A DNA stretch of 63,156 nucleotides, counting the filler, from Sphacelaria rigidula (taxonomy: Eukaryota), in assembly GCA_964200075.2 (NCBI GenBank). It is 5 parts of 5 records of this genome, joined end to end, with 100 filler letters (N's around TTAATTAATTAA, not from the genome) between each part and the next. Parts side by side here need not be neighbours in the genome. Positions count along the whole stretch, not along the records: positions 1 to 12,553 come from CAXNAA020003640.1; 4 more parts are not named here. The stretch is one strand, 5' to 3'. The notes under the pieces are model-generated. The model saw only the letters and a program-made list of their open reading frames with translations, ran no database searches and was not told where the DNA came from. A program made the translations under genes and the position numbers. Every line of letters starts with the position of its first letter. Position 1 is the stretch's first letter. Positions 1 to 12,205 of the stretch are shown one piece after another.

Positions 1-231
1 TGACCTCGCATCCCTACAAAGCCGGGACGGAGCACGCCGGGTTTTCGCCGGACCAGGCTCGGGAAAAGGGGGGGGTCGGGTTAAATAGTACTAGCCGTAT
101 GAACCACACACCCCAAAGAAGCGCAAAGTACTGGTGCGCTCACGGAGAAAGTGACACAACACATCTCAAGAAAAAAATCTCATTTTCCGGTGGGTGTGCT
201 GAACAGGGCACACCTACCGTGCGCGTCTTAC

Positions 232-444
232 CCTGGAAAGAAACTTCTCGGAAAGCACCCTTCGGCAAGCGAACGGGAGCCTTGTTCACCCCACCCTCCG
301 CGCCGCCCCCTCCCCGACCGCCGTGAAGCCTCGGTGCCGAAAGAAGCTCCTCCTCCCTCTGCTTCCGCTCCAGGCGTTTCGCGTGGGCCTCACAATGCAC
401 GCCGGACTTGAGACAGCATTCGAAGCAGCTGCTCGAGGAGCATC
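232..444 (-). CDS. Exon 3 of the EsV-1-7 repeat protein; completes an LRP1/SHI-type zinc finger; gene continues beyond the left contig end
   Basis: Acceptor TTCAG|GA is phase-compatible with exon 2. Translation reads G-CSSSSCFECCLKSGVHCEAHAKRLERKQREEELL...FREVSFQ. Donor CAGG|GTAAG. Confidence 0.75.
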
Positions 445-654
445 CTGAACATTTTAGGCGTTGCCGTCGAGGTCAGGGCTGGGATCGAGGCTACTACTAC
501 GACTGGAGCGAAGTAGCCGGCTAGACAGGGTAGGGCGGATCTACGCGAGATCGAGGGGCTATTAATAGTGTTTTGGGGGGGTACAGAACAGGGTAACGGT
601 TAGCGTTTTCCAGGCTTCAGGGTCATAGGTTGGAGTTCGGCGATACTAAGATGA

Positions 655-933
655 GAGCAATGCTACGTACGGTAGGGGTTGTACTTGTTTAGCGAAAATG
701 TTTCTCGGAGCTGCTCGGGGTGTTGGACGGGTCATTTTGAGAATCGGCATTACATTTTTTTTTCTTCAAAACTGAAAAATATGCCGATTCACGAAAAGCC
801 CCCTGGGTGCGAGCACCATGTTTCTGGGAGTCCCCGGAGATTTTGGGTTGCACAGTAAGCTCCGTATACATTGGGGCTCTTACAAAAAAGAGACCCAAGA
901 ACAAAAAGTGGAGCCCTTACCGTAGCATTGCTC
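655..933. mobile_element. Sola2-like MITE (GAGCAATGCTACGGTAGGGG TIR family), intronic
   Basis: GAGCAATGCTAC(GTAC)GGTAGGGG ... CCCTTACCGTAGCATTGCTC; 279 bp, same TIR and size as 53044-53321. No clear TSD. Confidence 0.7.
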
Positions 934-2677
934 GATAAGGGGGTATTTTTGCGGCGCCAGGTTTCGGCGATGTAACAGGAGGTATGGCAGGTGTGGGAAA
1001 TGATTATTTTGCCGGTGCGATGTGATCGACGGATCCCTGAAATCCTAATGCAGAAAAAAAAAAAACGGTTTTCGTATCTTCCTGTAAAGATCACGTACGA
1101 TTGTGGGAATTGTAGCCTCTGCCAGACGATCGGGACAAGAGGACTTTCAACGAGGGACTCCTCCAGTATCACTGGCGTCGGGCGCTGACAAGTCCTTCCT
1201 TCTAACTTGTTATTATCTCGGAGCGATCCTCAACAGATCACGCGACAGACAGCAAGGGGCCACACAGAAAAGGGGCCATCAATCCAGAATCCCCTGTTCC
1301 CTGCCACTGCTCCAATAATCATATATGCGATTATACTGAAACCCTACGGCTTGGTATTATTTGGCTACCGAACGAAACAGGTTTATGATAGTACATCGAA
1401 AGTGCCTACTTTTTTGACTGAAGAGAAGAGATCGCACAAACCTTGCAGATTCACGAAAATGATCCTTCATATGACCGTCACTTTCGTGAATGCACGAGAC
1501 TTCAAGAACGATATTTTTTTCTTCAGCAAGAAGCAAGAAGTCAAACCGCGCGCACCGAAAATCGCTCAATTGTGCAATCCTCTCATAATCAGGGCTGTGA
1601 ACTGGCAGCTCTGGCCAGTGAACTTTAAACTGCCCCCGTCAGCGGCAGGTACTTCGATCTTTTTAGCCGCGAGCTCCAATGGTCCCCCGCCCGGCTGGTG
1701 AAGGGCCCTCGCGGGAGCGCCACCGGGGGCAAGAAAAATTGTGGTATTTGGCTTGTGTTCGCTTCAAAAAATGTGGATAGTTGTGAAAAAGATGACCCCT
1801 CACATTGACGAGCTAACAGGTTCAGATTACGTTAAACTCCCGTTCAAAGTGGTGAGCGAATCGAAAGTCTTTCATCTGTTTAGCATGCAGTAGCAAGAGA
1901 CTCCCCGTGAGGAGCGGAGGATGGGACAAGGCTGGCAGCGTGTGGGAATGAGAGCGCAAAATCACTCACGTCCGGGCCGACAAACACGCACGCGTGTAGT
2001 TGAACAGCAAGTCAGTGTTTGTTTTGTATTTTGTGGTTGCGGGTTACCGTTTGTTATTGATTTTGTTTCCGAATGTCGTGGAATGAAAACGACAAACCTT
2101 GGCACATATCCGCTAGATCACTTCGAGGTGCAGTGAGGATGTGCTACATAATGTTCCGAATACTCTCCGCCATGCAATAAGCAATTGGCATTCGGGGTTT
2201 GGCGTTTGGGAGTTCCGCATCAAGCGTCCCGCCGTAGTCACAACTCCTCTTTTTTTCTTCATCTTCCTAATTCGACGGACCAGCCGTCGACCTACACGCT
2301 GCGGCCGAAAAAACGGGAAAATACAGAACCGCGAGGTACCGAAGATTCAGGCGGGACAAAACAAAAAGCAGAAAACACAGCAGTCAGCTAGCGACTGGCC
2401 CAGGGCAAACTCGTTCTTCATGTGCTATGGTACTACGACAGAACGCCAGATGTGCTGTACAAGTCGACCGAAACACGGAAGACGAAGTATGAAGCTGTGC
2501 ACCGCTGCTTCACGCACCATTGATAAAAAAATTCCATCGATGCCTTCGAAGCGCCCTACATTTCAATTGATACCCGATATATCTCTGCACCTGTAAAATG
2601 CAGGCCTCAATGGTGGTCAAATGGTACATAATGGTGTAAGCATGTTTGTTATAAAAACCACCATACGAAAATTGGTA

Positions 2678-3197
2678 CTTCCTCTGTCCCGTAAGTAAAG
2701 GTATCTAAATTTGTACGGGCCCTTAACGATGTCCGATCGTTTTTTTTTTTCTTAAATGAGCTCTACGGTGTTTTTTGGGTAAAGAAAATGTGTTTAAAAT
2801 TTTTAACTTGAGCTTGAACCACGCCGCCGAACGGCTGCAAAATAAATAGCCGGCCCAAAAATGGCCGTTTTTTGCCCCTTCCCGAGGGGAAAAAAGTGAC
2901 ATTTTTTTTTTTTAAATCGCATGGGACTTCCTGGCAGCAAGCCCCAGTGAAGGCGGGGGCAATTAAAAAAAAAATCGACACTTTTTTTCCCCTCGGATAG
3001 GGGCAGAAAACGGCCATTTGGGGGCCGACTACTTTTTGTGCAGCCGTTCGGCGGCATGGTTGAAGCTCAAGTTGAAATTTTAAACACATTTTCCTTACCC
3101 AAAAAACACCGTAGAGCTCATTTAAGAAAAAAAAACGATCGGACATCGTTAAGGGCCCGTACAAATTTAGGTACCTTTACTTATGGGACAGAGGAAA
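2678..3197. mobile_element. Tc1/mariner (Stowaway-like) MITE with ~240-bp terminal inverted repeats
   Basis: TA|CTTCCTCTGTCCC ... GGGACAGAGGAAA|TA. The two halves are clearly reverse complements with a short central spacer. Confidence 0.85.
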
Positions 3198-3528
3198 TAT
3201 AAAAGTAGCCGGTAACGGCAAACCTCAAGCAAACTGGATAAACTGGCGCCCTCGTCGCCAGGTCCAGTTTAACTCCAGTTCCACTCTAATCGACAGTATA
3301 AACTGGTTCAGTTCCAGCCCTACTTGATAGATAGCACAGCAAGTCATTCCGAGGTCGTACTATCCTATCCATCTCGCCGTCTTGTCATGCGAAAACCACT
3401 GCAGAAGGGTCAAAATAGGCACCTTCGGGGAGAAGAAAAAAATAAACGTTGTAATTCCCGTCAGAAGTGGTCGAAAACATGTGAAGAAAACAAAACGACG
3501 GCAAAATAAAACTCTCAACTGCTCTCAC

Positions 3529-6500
3529 CCAGCTTGGCCGCACGGTGGCAAACGATACACCGAGTACCTATCCGCACGCCAGACTTGCTGGAGTGAGACG
3601 CGTGGCTGCCACTTCTACCTCCACCGCCACCACCTCGGCCGCCGCGACGACAACCCGGTGCATCCCCGCGCTCGACGGTCGCCTTCCTGGAAGAACTGCC
3701 GGTCGTCACCAAACTTCGCGCCTTTTTCGCCGAAGGCTGAGCACGCGATGAAGACACCTCAGCGCTGCGCTTTGTGGTTTTAGCGTCCTTCGCATCCGCT
3801 ACTCCAGCTGCCTTGGCCGAGGATACCCTCGCCTTCCCGCGTTTCTTTTGTACGACGACGGAACCGGCACTGATACCAGCGGCGCAGTTACGACTCCCCC
3901 TGCCGCCGCTGCTACTCCGAGCTTTGCCTCTAGCACTCCCTGCGCCCGTTGACTTTGCCGGAGCTGGCTTCGAGAGATGTCTACTTGTGACCATAGCCTT
4001 GCCCTTGCCTTTACTTGTATCTCTAACTTTACCTTTACCTTTGCTCTTTACGGCACCGAGTTCAACCGCGGCCGAAGTGCGAGCACGCAACACTCCAGAG
4101 CTCCTCGACAACAACCCCGACGACACGACGCCCTTCCCGGCACTGCCGCTACTGCTACCCGCGATGCCACGTTTCTTCTTTCGGGTCAGGGTCAAGTTAG
4201 CAGATCTAGATCTGCGTTCGGCGTCAACACCAGACGGCCGTTTTCGTTTTCCTGGTATCGCGGACACAAGAGACGTCGAATTGATCCTTTTGTCGGTGCT
4301 CCCGCTCTGCCGAAGCAAACGTTTCTTTCCCCGCAGGGTTTTCAGGTTTACCATCCCCGGGAGGCCATGGTCCTTGCAGTAATCGCAGCTGCCGCCGATG
4401 AACCCAAACGAAGCGTGCTTGTAGCAGGATGGATCCGCGCATAATTGCTTCTTGGATTGGTTTTCTGTATCGGACTTCTCTGCTCCGGTTGTTCGCTTGT
4501 CTGCCGATAGGATTCTGCCGCGGCCGCCGGTACCGAGCTTTTTGAGCACACGCTGGGGCTTGGCACGTACAGGCGCAGACCTTTTCGCTCCTCCTCGGCC
4601 AACGATAGCGCGACCAGCAGTGGAGGCTCCGCACTTTTTGGAGATTGCCGTTCGGCCGCCGCTGTTGCTCCTACATGATCTTGCCTTGGTCACAGCAACG
4701 CACTTATTGCCAACGGCGGTGGTCCGCTGGCCCTTTTTGGCCGGCACGGTTCCTATCTTTGCTTTCTTACGCACCTTCGCGGCCTGCTTGCGCCTGCCGG
4801 CGGGGGTGGAAGAGACTGCTACAGCAGCGGCGACGGTGGCGGTGGCGGTGGCGGTGAAGGCGGCAGCGGCGCCGAGACGCAGACGCTTCTTGATCTTGTT
4901 TTTATCCAGGTTGACCATATCGGCAGCCTTGTGAGTACCGCAGTACGTACGCTGACCGTCCCGGTGTCCGAATCTTGCTGCCACTAAGCAACCTGGTGCG
5001 TAGCACGCGATTTTGTGGGATGTCTTTCTCACAGCAGCGATGCCACTACCGACACGGGCCGCACTCTTTGCCGCGGCCTTTCGTGACGCCGGTTTGCCCT
5101 CCGCATTTGCATACCGCGCATTGTTCCGCGACGCCTTCCACGCACCGCCGCCGCGCAAGGTTTCCGCCTTCTTAGCGTTCATCGCAAAGCGGGCCAGGTT
5201 TACCATGCCTGGTAGCTGATGCAGGCCGCAGTATTCCCTAGTACCCGTTTCCAGGTAGCCGAAGTTGCCGTGCAGGGGACAGGTGTCACTAGCCCCCAAG
5301 CAAAGCTTGGTGCGGTGGCGAGGGCGGTCTCTCCTGGCCCGCCGAGGACGCCTGGTCGGAGAGATGACGCACGCGTTCGCCGACTGCGATGATGGCGTTG
5401 GACTGACGCCGAGCCCCCGCATACCACCGCCGCCCCGCACTCGCCCGCCGCGGTTGCCACCTTCCAGCAGCAGGCCACCCCCGTTCTTGAACGGTTTAAC
5501 GGTTGAAAGTCGTTTCTTTCCTGTAGCTTTCAAGCCTTCGCCGCCGCCGGGGTGGCCAGTGCGCTTGCAGCCACCACCACCAGTTGAGTAGGGACGCGGG
5601 GCTGTCGCGGATAAAGCAGCCTTGCAGTGGTTGCGATTGATCATGCCGTCCTGTTTGTGTTTGCTACAAAATAACCGCCGTTGTCCCGGAAGACCGAAGG
5701 AGGCCGTGATCGTGCACGCCTGGAACGGGTAGGTGCATTTCGTGCCAAGTTTCTTCTTTTTTTCCTTCATCTCGGCCGGCCGATTCTCTCGCTCGCCCGC
5801 GTTAATCTGCCCTTCCGCGTTCCCCTTTCCCGTTCTACTCTTGCTGGTAGCTTTCCGCCCCCCTTCCTTCGTATTTGAGGGTACATTTCCTTCCCCTCTC
5901 GAATTCGTACTCCTCACGCGTGTCTCCGCGCCTCCCGAAACAATCGCCGCCATCGCTGAAGCAGCGACCGTCGACGACGCAGACAGCACAGAAGACGAGC
6001 CTTTACCCCGACTACCGGTCCCGCTACTACCCGTCCCGACATGGACGCCTTTACTCTGCTCGGATATTTCGTCTGCAAGACCGGGGTCCAAAATGACGGG
6101 TGCTCTCACCACGCGTCCTGAGGATCGTCGCACGGCCGACGGCTCTGTATTCAATGATTCAGAACCTGTTCCATCTCCAGAAGTTGAATCCGACGTTCGC
6201 ACCGACGCGGTGCTTCGAGGGTTGGGCGTTGGTGAGGAATAACTGGTGGGCAGCCGCCCCGAGCCGCGGCCTTCCCAACGTCGAAGAGCTTGCTTCTGCC
6301 CACTGGAAATACGCGACAGTTTCAACCCCCTCATCGGGGTAGAAGCAGGCGTGCTATCGCTTCTGATCAAGTCATCGGAGGCACTTGCGCTTTTGTCAAA
6401 AAATGAGCCTCCGCCCCCACCAACGCTCCTCCTACTGCGCTTCTCGATTTCGACGATTTTCCGCTGCCTGACGTCCTCGTCTATAAGACCAGGGTCCAAG

Positions 6501-7985
6501 ATGACTCGTGCCCTCACAACACGCCCCGAGGTTCGTCGCGCCACCACCGTTTCTTTTCTCGGGCTCGTTTCATCTCCAGAAGACGAGCCCGTAATTCCCG
6601 TCGACGCGGTGGTGCGGGGGTCGGACGTTGGCCACGAAGAATCGGTGGGCGGCTGTTGCGCACCAGGGCCTACCGAATTGTGAATGGCTGGCTCCTGCGC
6701 ATTTATATAAAGCGGTTCCGGCTCCCTCGCCGGGGTCGAAGCGAGTATCCTGACGCTGTCTACACTATCGGATACAACTACACTCTTGGTGTGACGGTGC
6801 CCATCACGGCCGCTGTCCATGTCACCCTCGCTGGCACCGCCGCTATCACTATCATTATCGCCGCCGACCCCACTGTTGCCGGCATTGGGTACGTCGTCGG
6901 ATCCGCTTGGGTTTCCGCTGGCCTTGTTGTGCTCCTCTCGGCCGCTTTTCCTAACGTCACCGTGGTCGTCACCATTATCGCCACTGCTGTCCCCGTCATC
7001 GCCGGCACCGGCCGCACCGCCGCAGACGCCTGTGCTATCGGTACTGAATCTGATGTTAGATCCATTCACGCTGTGGTTGGCGTTGATGTGCGTCCTATGG
7101 CTGCGGCCGCCAATATCGCTGACACCGCTACCGCCGCTGCCGCTGCCGCTGCCACCAGTCGCTGTGCCGTCGAGCCCACTTGTGCTGGAGTTGGTGCTGG
7201 TGTGCCCTTTATGGCTGCGGCCACAAGTATCGCGGCTGCCGTTGCCGCTAGTAGCTCCGCTCTTCAGCCCACTTGTCTTGTCGTTGACATCGGTATACCC
7301 CTCATGGTGGCGGTCACCATTAGCACTGGCAATGCCGTCGCCGCCACCGCCGCTGGCGCTAGTCGCTACACTGGTGGATCCATTGGCGCTGTGGTTACCA
7401 TTGCTGAACCGCTCATGACCGCAGCTACTGCTACCCTCGCTACCACCATCACTGTCGTTACCCCCACTACCGCTAGCTACGACGCCGTTGGATATAATTG
7501 CGCTGTTGATGGTATTGATGTGCTTCTCGCGGTCGTTGTCGCTACCCCTACCACTAGATTCATTGCCGCCGTCACTGCTGCTACTGATGCCACCGTTGGA
7601 TCCACTTGCGCCGTTGTTTTTGATGCCGTGCTCGTCTTGACCGCCGGTTTCGCTATGACCACGTTCGTCACTATCGACACGACCAGCTGTTGTCTGTTCG
7701 ATGGTTCCGCTACCTCTCAACCGATGGTCATTAGCGACACTCTCCGCGGCCGCGACACTAGCGCCCACCATCCCCCGCGCTGTGTGAGGAATTGTTGCCG
7801 TGGTCGTCGCTCCGCCACCGCCACTAACGCTGTTATTTCGTCCGCGTTTTCTGCCGGCGGTCAATGGACGGTTGCCCGCTAATTGTCCTGTCGGATAGGA
7901 AGAGGGCTTTCGGGCGCCGTGTCTCGGGGGCGCCCGCGTGAGGTCGATCATACCTGCTTTCCTATGAAGGGTGCAGTAGTCGCCT
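3529..7985 (-). CDS. Exon 2 (4457 nt) of the EsV-1-7 repeat protein: Gly/Ser-rich and Lys/Arg-rich low-complexity regions with four complete EsV-1-7 repeats
   Basis: Lies within the 1497-aa ORF. Acceptor CAAAAG|A completes the split repeat (..GDYCTLHRKAGMIDL). Repeats of the form C-x3-6-C-x5-FG-x7-8-C-x2-H-x3-(G/D)M(V/I)N are at about 5635-5740, 5195-5305, 4910-5010 and 4345-4442. Donor CTGG|GTGAG (phase 1) is followed by T-rich intron. Confidence 0.88.
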
Positions 7986-9107
7986 CTTTTGTCAGATAGA
8001 CACAGCACCGGTGGAAACGCGGAAAGAGGGACAGCAGCGTTGATTGTGTTGCGTTAACCGTGGCTTGCGTTTTCTTGAAAGGTCTTTTTTGTGCGCATAG
8101 ATCGCTCGATATTAGCATATACTCCAAGACAGGGTGTACACGACGGCCGCTGGGTTGGTGCATACATCAGCAACAAACGTATCTCGAGTACGGTGCACCA
8201 CTTAAGAGTTGATGTGTGGCATCAAATGAAGTACATGGAGAACTGCATAATGGGTACGACAAAATTGGTGGAAAGCTGATCCACCCCAAGCTAAAACCAC
8301 CGGCTTTGCCGCAATCCACTAATCGATTAACAGAACAGCTGAAGCACTGTAAACAGCTTACAGTGGTCACATCAACATTTGCCCATTCGTAACCCTCGCC
8401 ATTGAAACCGCCTTGCAATGACCTCAATCACTACCCCTGCCGAAACGCCACAGCTTCACGTTACATTCCTACGTACTGCCCCATACCCACCGACCCTAAT
8501 CGCAGAATGGTCTGAGCACATTTCATCAGCTTCCAGATCCAAGTTGTTGAACCGAGATTTCCTCATGATCTGAGAATCAAAATGCCGCCACTTCAGGTTC
8601 CCCGGAGCCGGTATACAGTCGTTAGAGAGAGGCGTTTGGTGCCTCAGCGGTGATATGTTTTCTTGATCGTTTTAGTTATTCCGTGCGTCAGTTGTGGTTT
8701 GAGTGAAATACTTTGAGCAATAAGGGGGCTGTTCCCACAAGTCCTGGCATTTAATGGAGGTCGAGCAACAGGGAGGAAACGTGGGACGTTCCATGTTTCT
8801 ATCCATTAAAGGCCAGCACTGGGTAATATTTTGTGTACAATATCGTTCCTATCGCTTCTGAGTGGTACCCATGATGCAGCCGAAATGAGGGTAAGGGATC
8901 ATGGCTAGGAATAAGGTCGTTCCAGCTGACCCGATCTCGGGAAGGACACAATCACGCCAGGATCAGGAACAGGTAAGACGGTAGCGAAACGAACCAGGGT
9001 TCGAAACACAGTCCCTCTCCCCCACCTTCCTCCAATGTGGGCGGCAGACGAAGGTGGCATGAAATCGTTTGGTACAGAGTAGCGGAAAAACGAACGTTAC
9101 AGTACCG

Positions 9108-9449
9108 GTCGCCCCGGTGGCTCAGTTGGTAACCCAGAACATTCTGACGGCTGGGTCGTGGGTTCGAATCTCGGCGCGATCACACGATCTGGGACTTTTC
9201 CTCACGCAACACCCAACAGTGAAGATCGACTGTGTCGTGGATACACGACAGTCTGCCTCACAGTCGACGAGGGAGAGGGATCGCGAAACCCCTCTCGCGA
9301 TGAAAACGAAGAGTAACGCGACAGAAAGTGAAGTGCCGAAGGAGAAAAGGAAGATAAGCCCATGTGTCGACCTTCCTCCTTTGTGACCTCGGCTGCTGCG
9401 TGCAAAAATACCGACAGGTGTAGCTGAGTACCACAAGTAAAAAAAAAAA
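9108..9449 (+). mobile_element. tRNA-derived SINE in intron 1 of the EsV-1-7 gene
   Basis: Pol III A box TGGCTCAGTTGG (9118-9129), B box GGTTCGAATC (9161-9170), ~270-bp non-tRNA body, A-run at 9439-9449, possible AGTAC TSD. Confidence 0.7.
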
Positions 9450-11023
9450 GTACAGCACGATAGCCGTGAGACAGACTTGAGGAGTCCTAGCCTATCTCAT
9501 CGACGCAGACAAGTTGGGTCTTGACTTGCACTTCTTATCAAAAGCCAAAATAAGGTCCAGATTGCTATCTACTTGATAGCCCCGCCATTTTTTTTCGCTG
9601 ATTGAAAGCCGTGTCGAGTAAGTCCCGTGACGTACGGCGGTATCTCCGTACTCAAGTCTAGACGAAACACTGAAAGATGTGTACAGCGGATGACGATTTT
9701 TTTGGTGCAGGTACTTCTTGGGGCACGGGGAAACGATCGATACCCCTACCTTCACCTAATTCAATATCTATTCGAAGATATGGCCTGCAAAAGATTCCAA
9801 AATAAACTCAGAATATTACGAGGGGAGGAGGCACTAAATGCACTACATCTCGATCTCGCGTCTCAGTTTCGAGAGGTATACTTTGAGTTTGGTGGGGAGT
9901 ATCGAAAAAGAAAAAAAAAAAAAAAATCGACAACTTGGAATATATTTTTCTTTCATGAGTCAAGGACGTTTTTTTGCAAACTAGGTATTGTTTATTGCCG
10001 TTAACTCATAGCACACAAAATTTGCATTCAGCACCTCAGTATCGAGAGTTTTGCTCCGAAGTGTGATGTGGAGAAATCACAAGGGCATAACACAACAAAA
10101 GTTGCCATCATTTTTCCGCAAAAACGTTCTTAACTCAAGAGGTAAAAAAATCTCCATGTCTTCGTGTTTTCTTGTGTTCTGCCGTTACGATTCCATATCA
10201 AACCATATCAAACCTCAAAGCACGGCTCTCTCAACTTGGCTGTTAACTTGCCTACAATCATACAGCTCTGTTTCTAGGCTGACTCAGTCTGCAAAATAAA
10301 TTAGGATTAAGCAGCTCGTCTTTGAGAGTTGTACTTTGAAATTTGGTATGGAATATCGCGAGGTCATGATGAAGAATAAACCTAATGTGAGACATCAATC
10401 ATTTTTTCTTGTCCTCAAGAAATTTTGTGAAAAATAGATCCTATTTCTTGTCACTAACTCATCGTATATATATATATATATATATATCAAAATCTGGCCG
10501 AACTTTTTTATTGTGCCCTCTCCATAACAAATTTCAGAGCACAACTCTTAAAATCGACATGCTCGATCGCCTGCAATAGTCAACATCATTTTTAAGGCTT
10601 GGCCAGGCCAAGGTACTTGGATATCTCAACTGCGTGTCCTGGAGGGTCTCACTTGTCTTTGCATAGTAGCGTATCCTGTCAGGCTGCGGTACCTTCATCT
10701 TTGTGAGCTTTGCGGATACGAGGATTTGCGAGTTTTCGGGTATGTTTATGTGTGTGTGATGGCGTGGTTTCCACCGAATGTACGCCACAGGATACTGGAA
10801 AATAACTCCACACACGTGGGGCGCGCACCATATTCGTTGTATACCACCCCTTTTACTGTAAAGAGAGTAGTGAAACGAAGCAGGTTTCAAGTCACAGTCT
10901 CATGCGGGAAGGGTTGGTGACTTCACGCCCCGTGAACACCAAATGATAAGAGAGCCCTACGTATATTTTTCAAATTCACGAAGCCCCCTGGATCAGACGG
11001 ACTGCTCCTAGAAATCGGCGCAC

Positions 11024-11802
11024 CTGCCGTCCTGGGGAAAGCCGTACACTGGACTCAAAGCACATCTCTCCGCACCCCGACACCTCGGCTCCCGCATATC
11101 CACCATACCCTTTGCCGCATGGGCGGAGCACGCCACCGCAGCACCATCCTCCACCCTCCTCCCAAATGTCGCCCGCTCAGAGCAGCTCTCACGGGTGCAG
11201 TAAGGCACTCCATCTCTACCAACTTTGATGTTGTGGCAGTTACCGTTCAAGCTTGCGGCATCGCTGCTGATACTGTTGCGCGATCGATCGGAAGCTGGTG
11301 CTGTAGTGATTGCTCGAGAGGCAGCTGCGGTGGCAGCGGCGGGAAAGGGGATTGGGGGACAGGAGAGGGCGGGAGCGATGGTACAGCTGTCATAGTTACT
11401 GGCATCGTTGTCCTGTGGCAAAGGTACCTCACGACCGCCGGTTGTGTTGCCACCGCGATCTGCGGCCACCTCCTCGACATCAAGGCTACTCTCGGGTCCG
11501 TGCACATGCCTGTTACCGTTCGCCTCCATGGCGTATGCATCATCAGCTACCACAGGCGCTTCAGGGGGCAATAATTGCGCGGATGCCGAAGCCCCGCTAC
11601 CCCCGCGTCGGCTGTCACCGCCCACCCCGTGTCCGCCTTCGCCGACTTCGGTGCTGCTACTATGATTTGATGGGTTGGACATCGTTGTTGTGGTCGCTGG
11701 AGCGACGCCTCCTCCGACGGCGGGAGTGGTGGTGGCGACGATAAGAGCATCGCTGATGATGCTCGGATGTGCCGCCACCGTTCCATCTGCACTAAGGTTC
11801 AT
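11024..11802 (-). CDS. Exon 1 (putative) of a large EsV-1-7 repeat protein; first ATG at 11802, true start uncertain
   Basis: ORF 11008..11904 contains the EsV-1-7-type repeat CTRESCSERATFGRRVEDGAAVACSAHAAKGMVDM and the first half of a second (CRGAERCALSPVYGFPQDGR). It ends at donor GGCAG|GTGCG (phase 2). Confidence 0.8.
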
Positions 11803-12067
11803 ACGGTTCTCGTGCTGTTTGCGCAACCCACCTTCGCAGCAAACTGTAGCGAAGCTCTCTGCTTGTACATGAATACTCGTGCTGTTTCCGTGTGGATTTA
11901 TCAAGGGATAACGAAACCCTCGCGATGTTCATGATCCAAACATTGTGCACAGCTACATCATCGTTTTCCAAATCAAGAAACAGTCACGTTGAGGTACATC
12001 AAACACCTGTACACTTGTAAACTTCTGAGACAACTTCAGGTACAAGGCTGGTGGACACGCAATTTAT

Positions 12068-12205
12068 CACCCCCTGGACAAAAGATTACATTGCCAAAAA
12101 GTGTACTGCGTATAGGATGAGCTATTGCGTATTTTGCAACAGACAATACATTCTATACTATGCGCAGTACATTTTTTGACAACGTGATCTGTCGTCCATG
12201 GTGTG
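12068..12205. mobile_element. Small MITE with CAC...GTG termini and ~45-bp imperfect TIR
   Basis: CACCCCCTGGACAAAAGATTACATTGCCAAAAAGTGTACTGCGTATAG pairs with CTATGCGCAGTACATTTTTTGACAACGTGATCTGTCGTCCATGGTGTG. Related termini at 17261-17420. Confidence 0.55.

Noticed and set aside
6656-7882. 408-aa plus-strand ORF and other antisense ORFs over 3515-8008
   Set aside because: These are shadow ORFs of the GC-rich, low-complexity minus-strand exon.
3515-8008. Intronless giant-virus gene or endogenous phaeovirus segment
   Set aside because: The ORF is an internal exon with phase-compatible neighbours and TE-filled introns; no viral core genes are present.
9108-9182. Functional tRNA gene
   Set aside because: A and B boxes are present, but the anticodon and acceptor arms pair poorly and it continues into a body and A-tail, so it is treated as a SINE.
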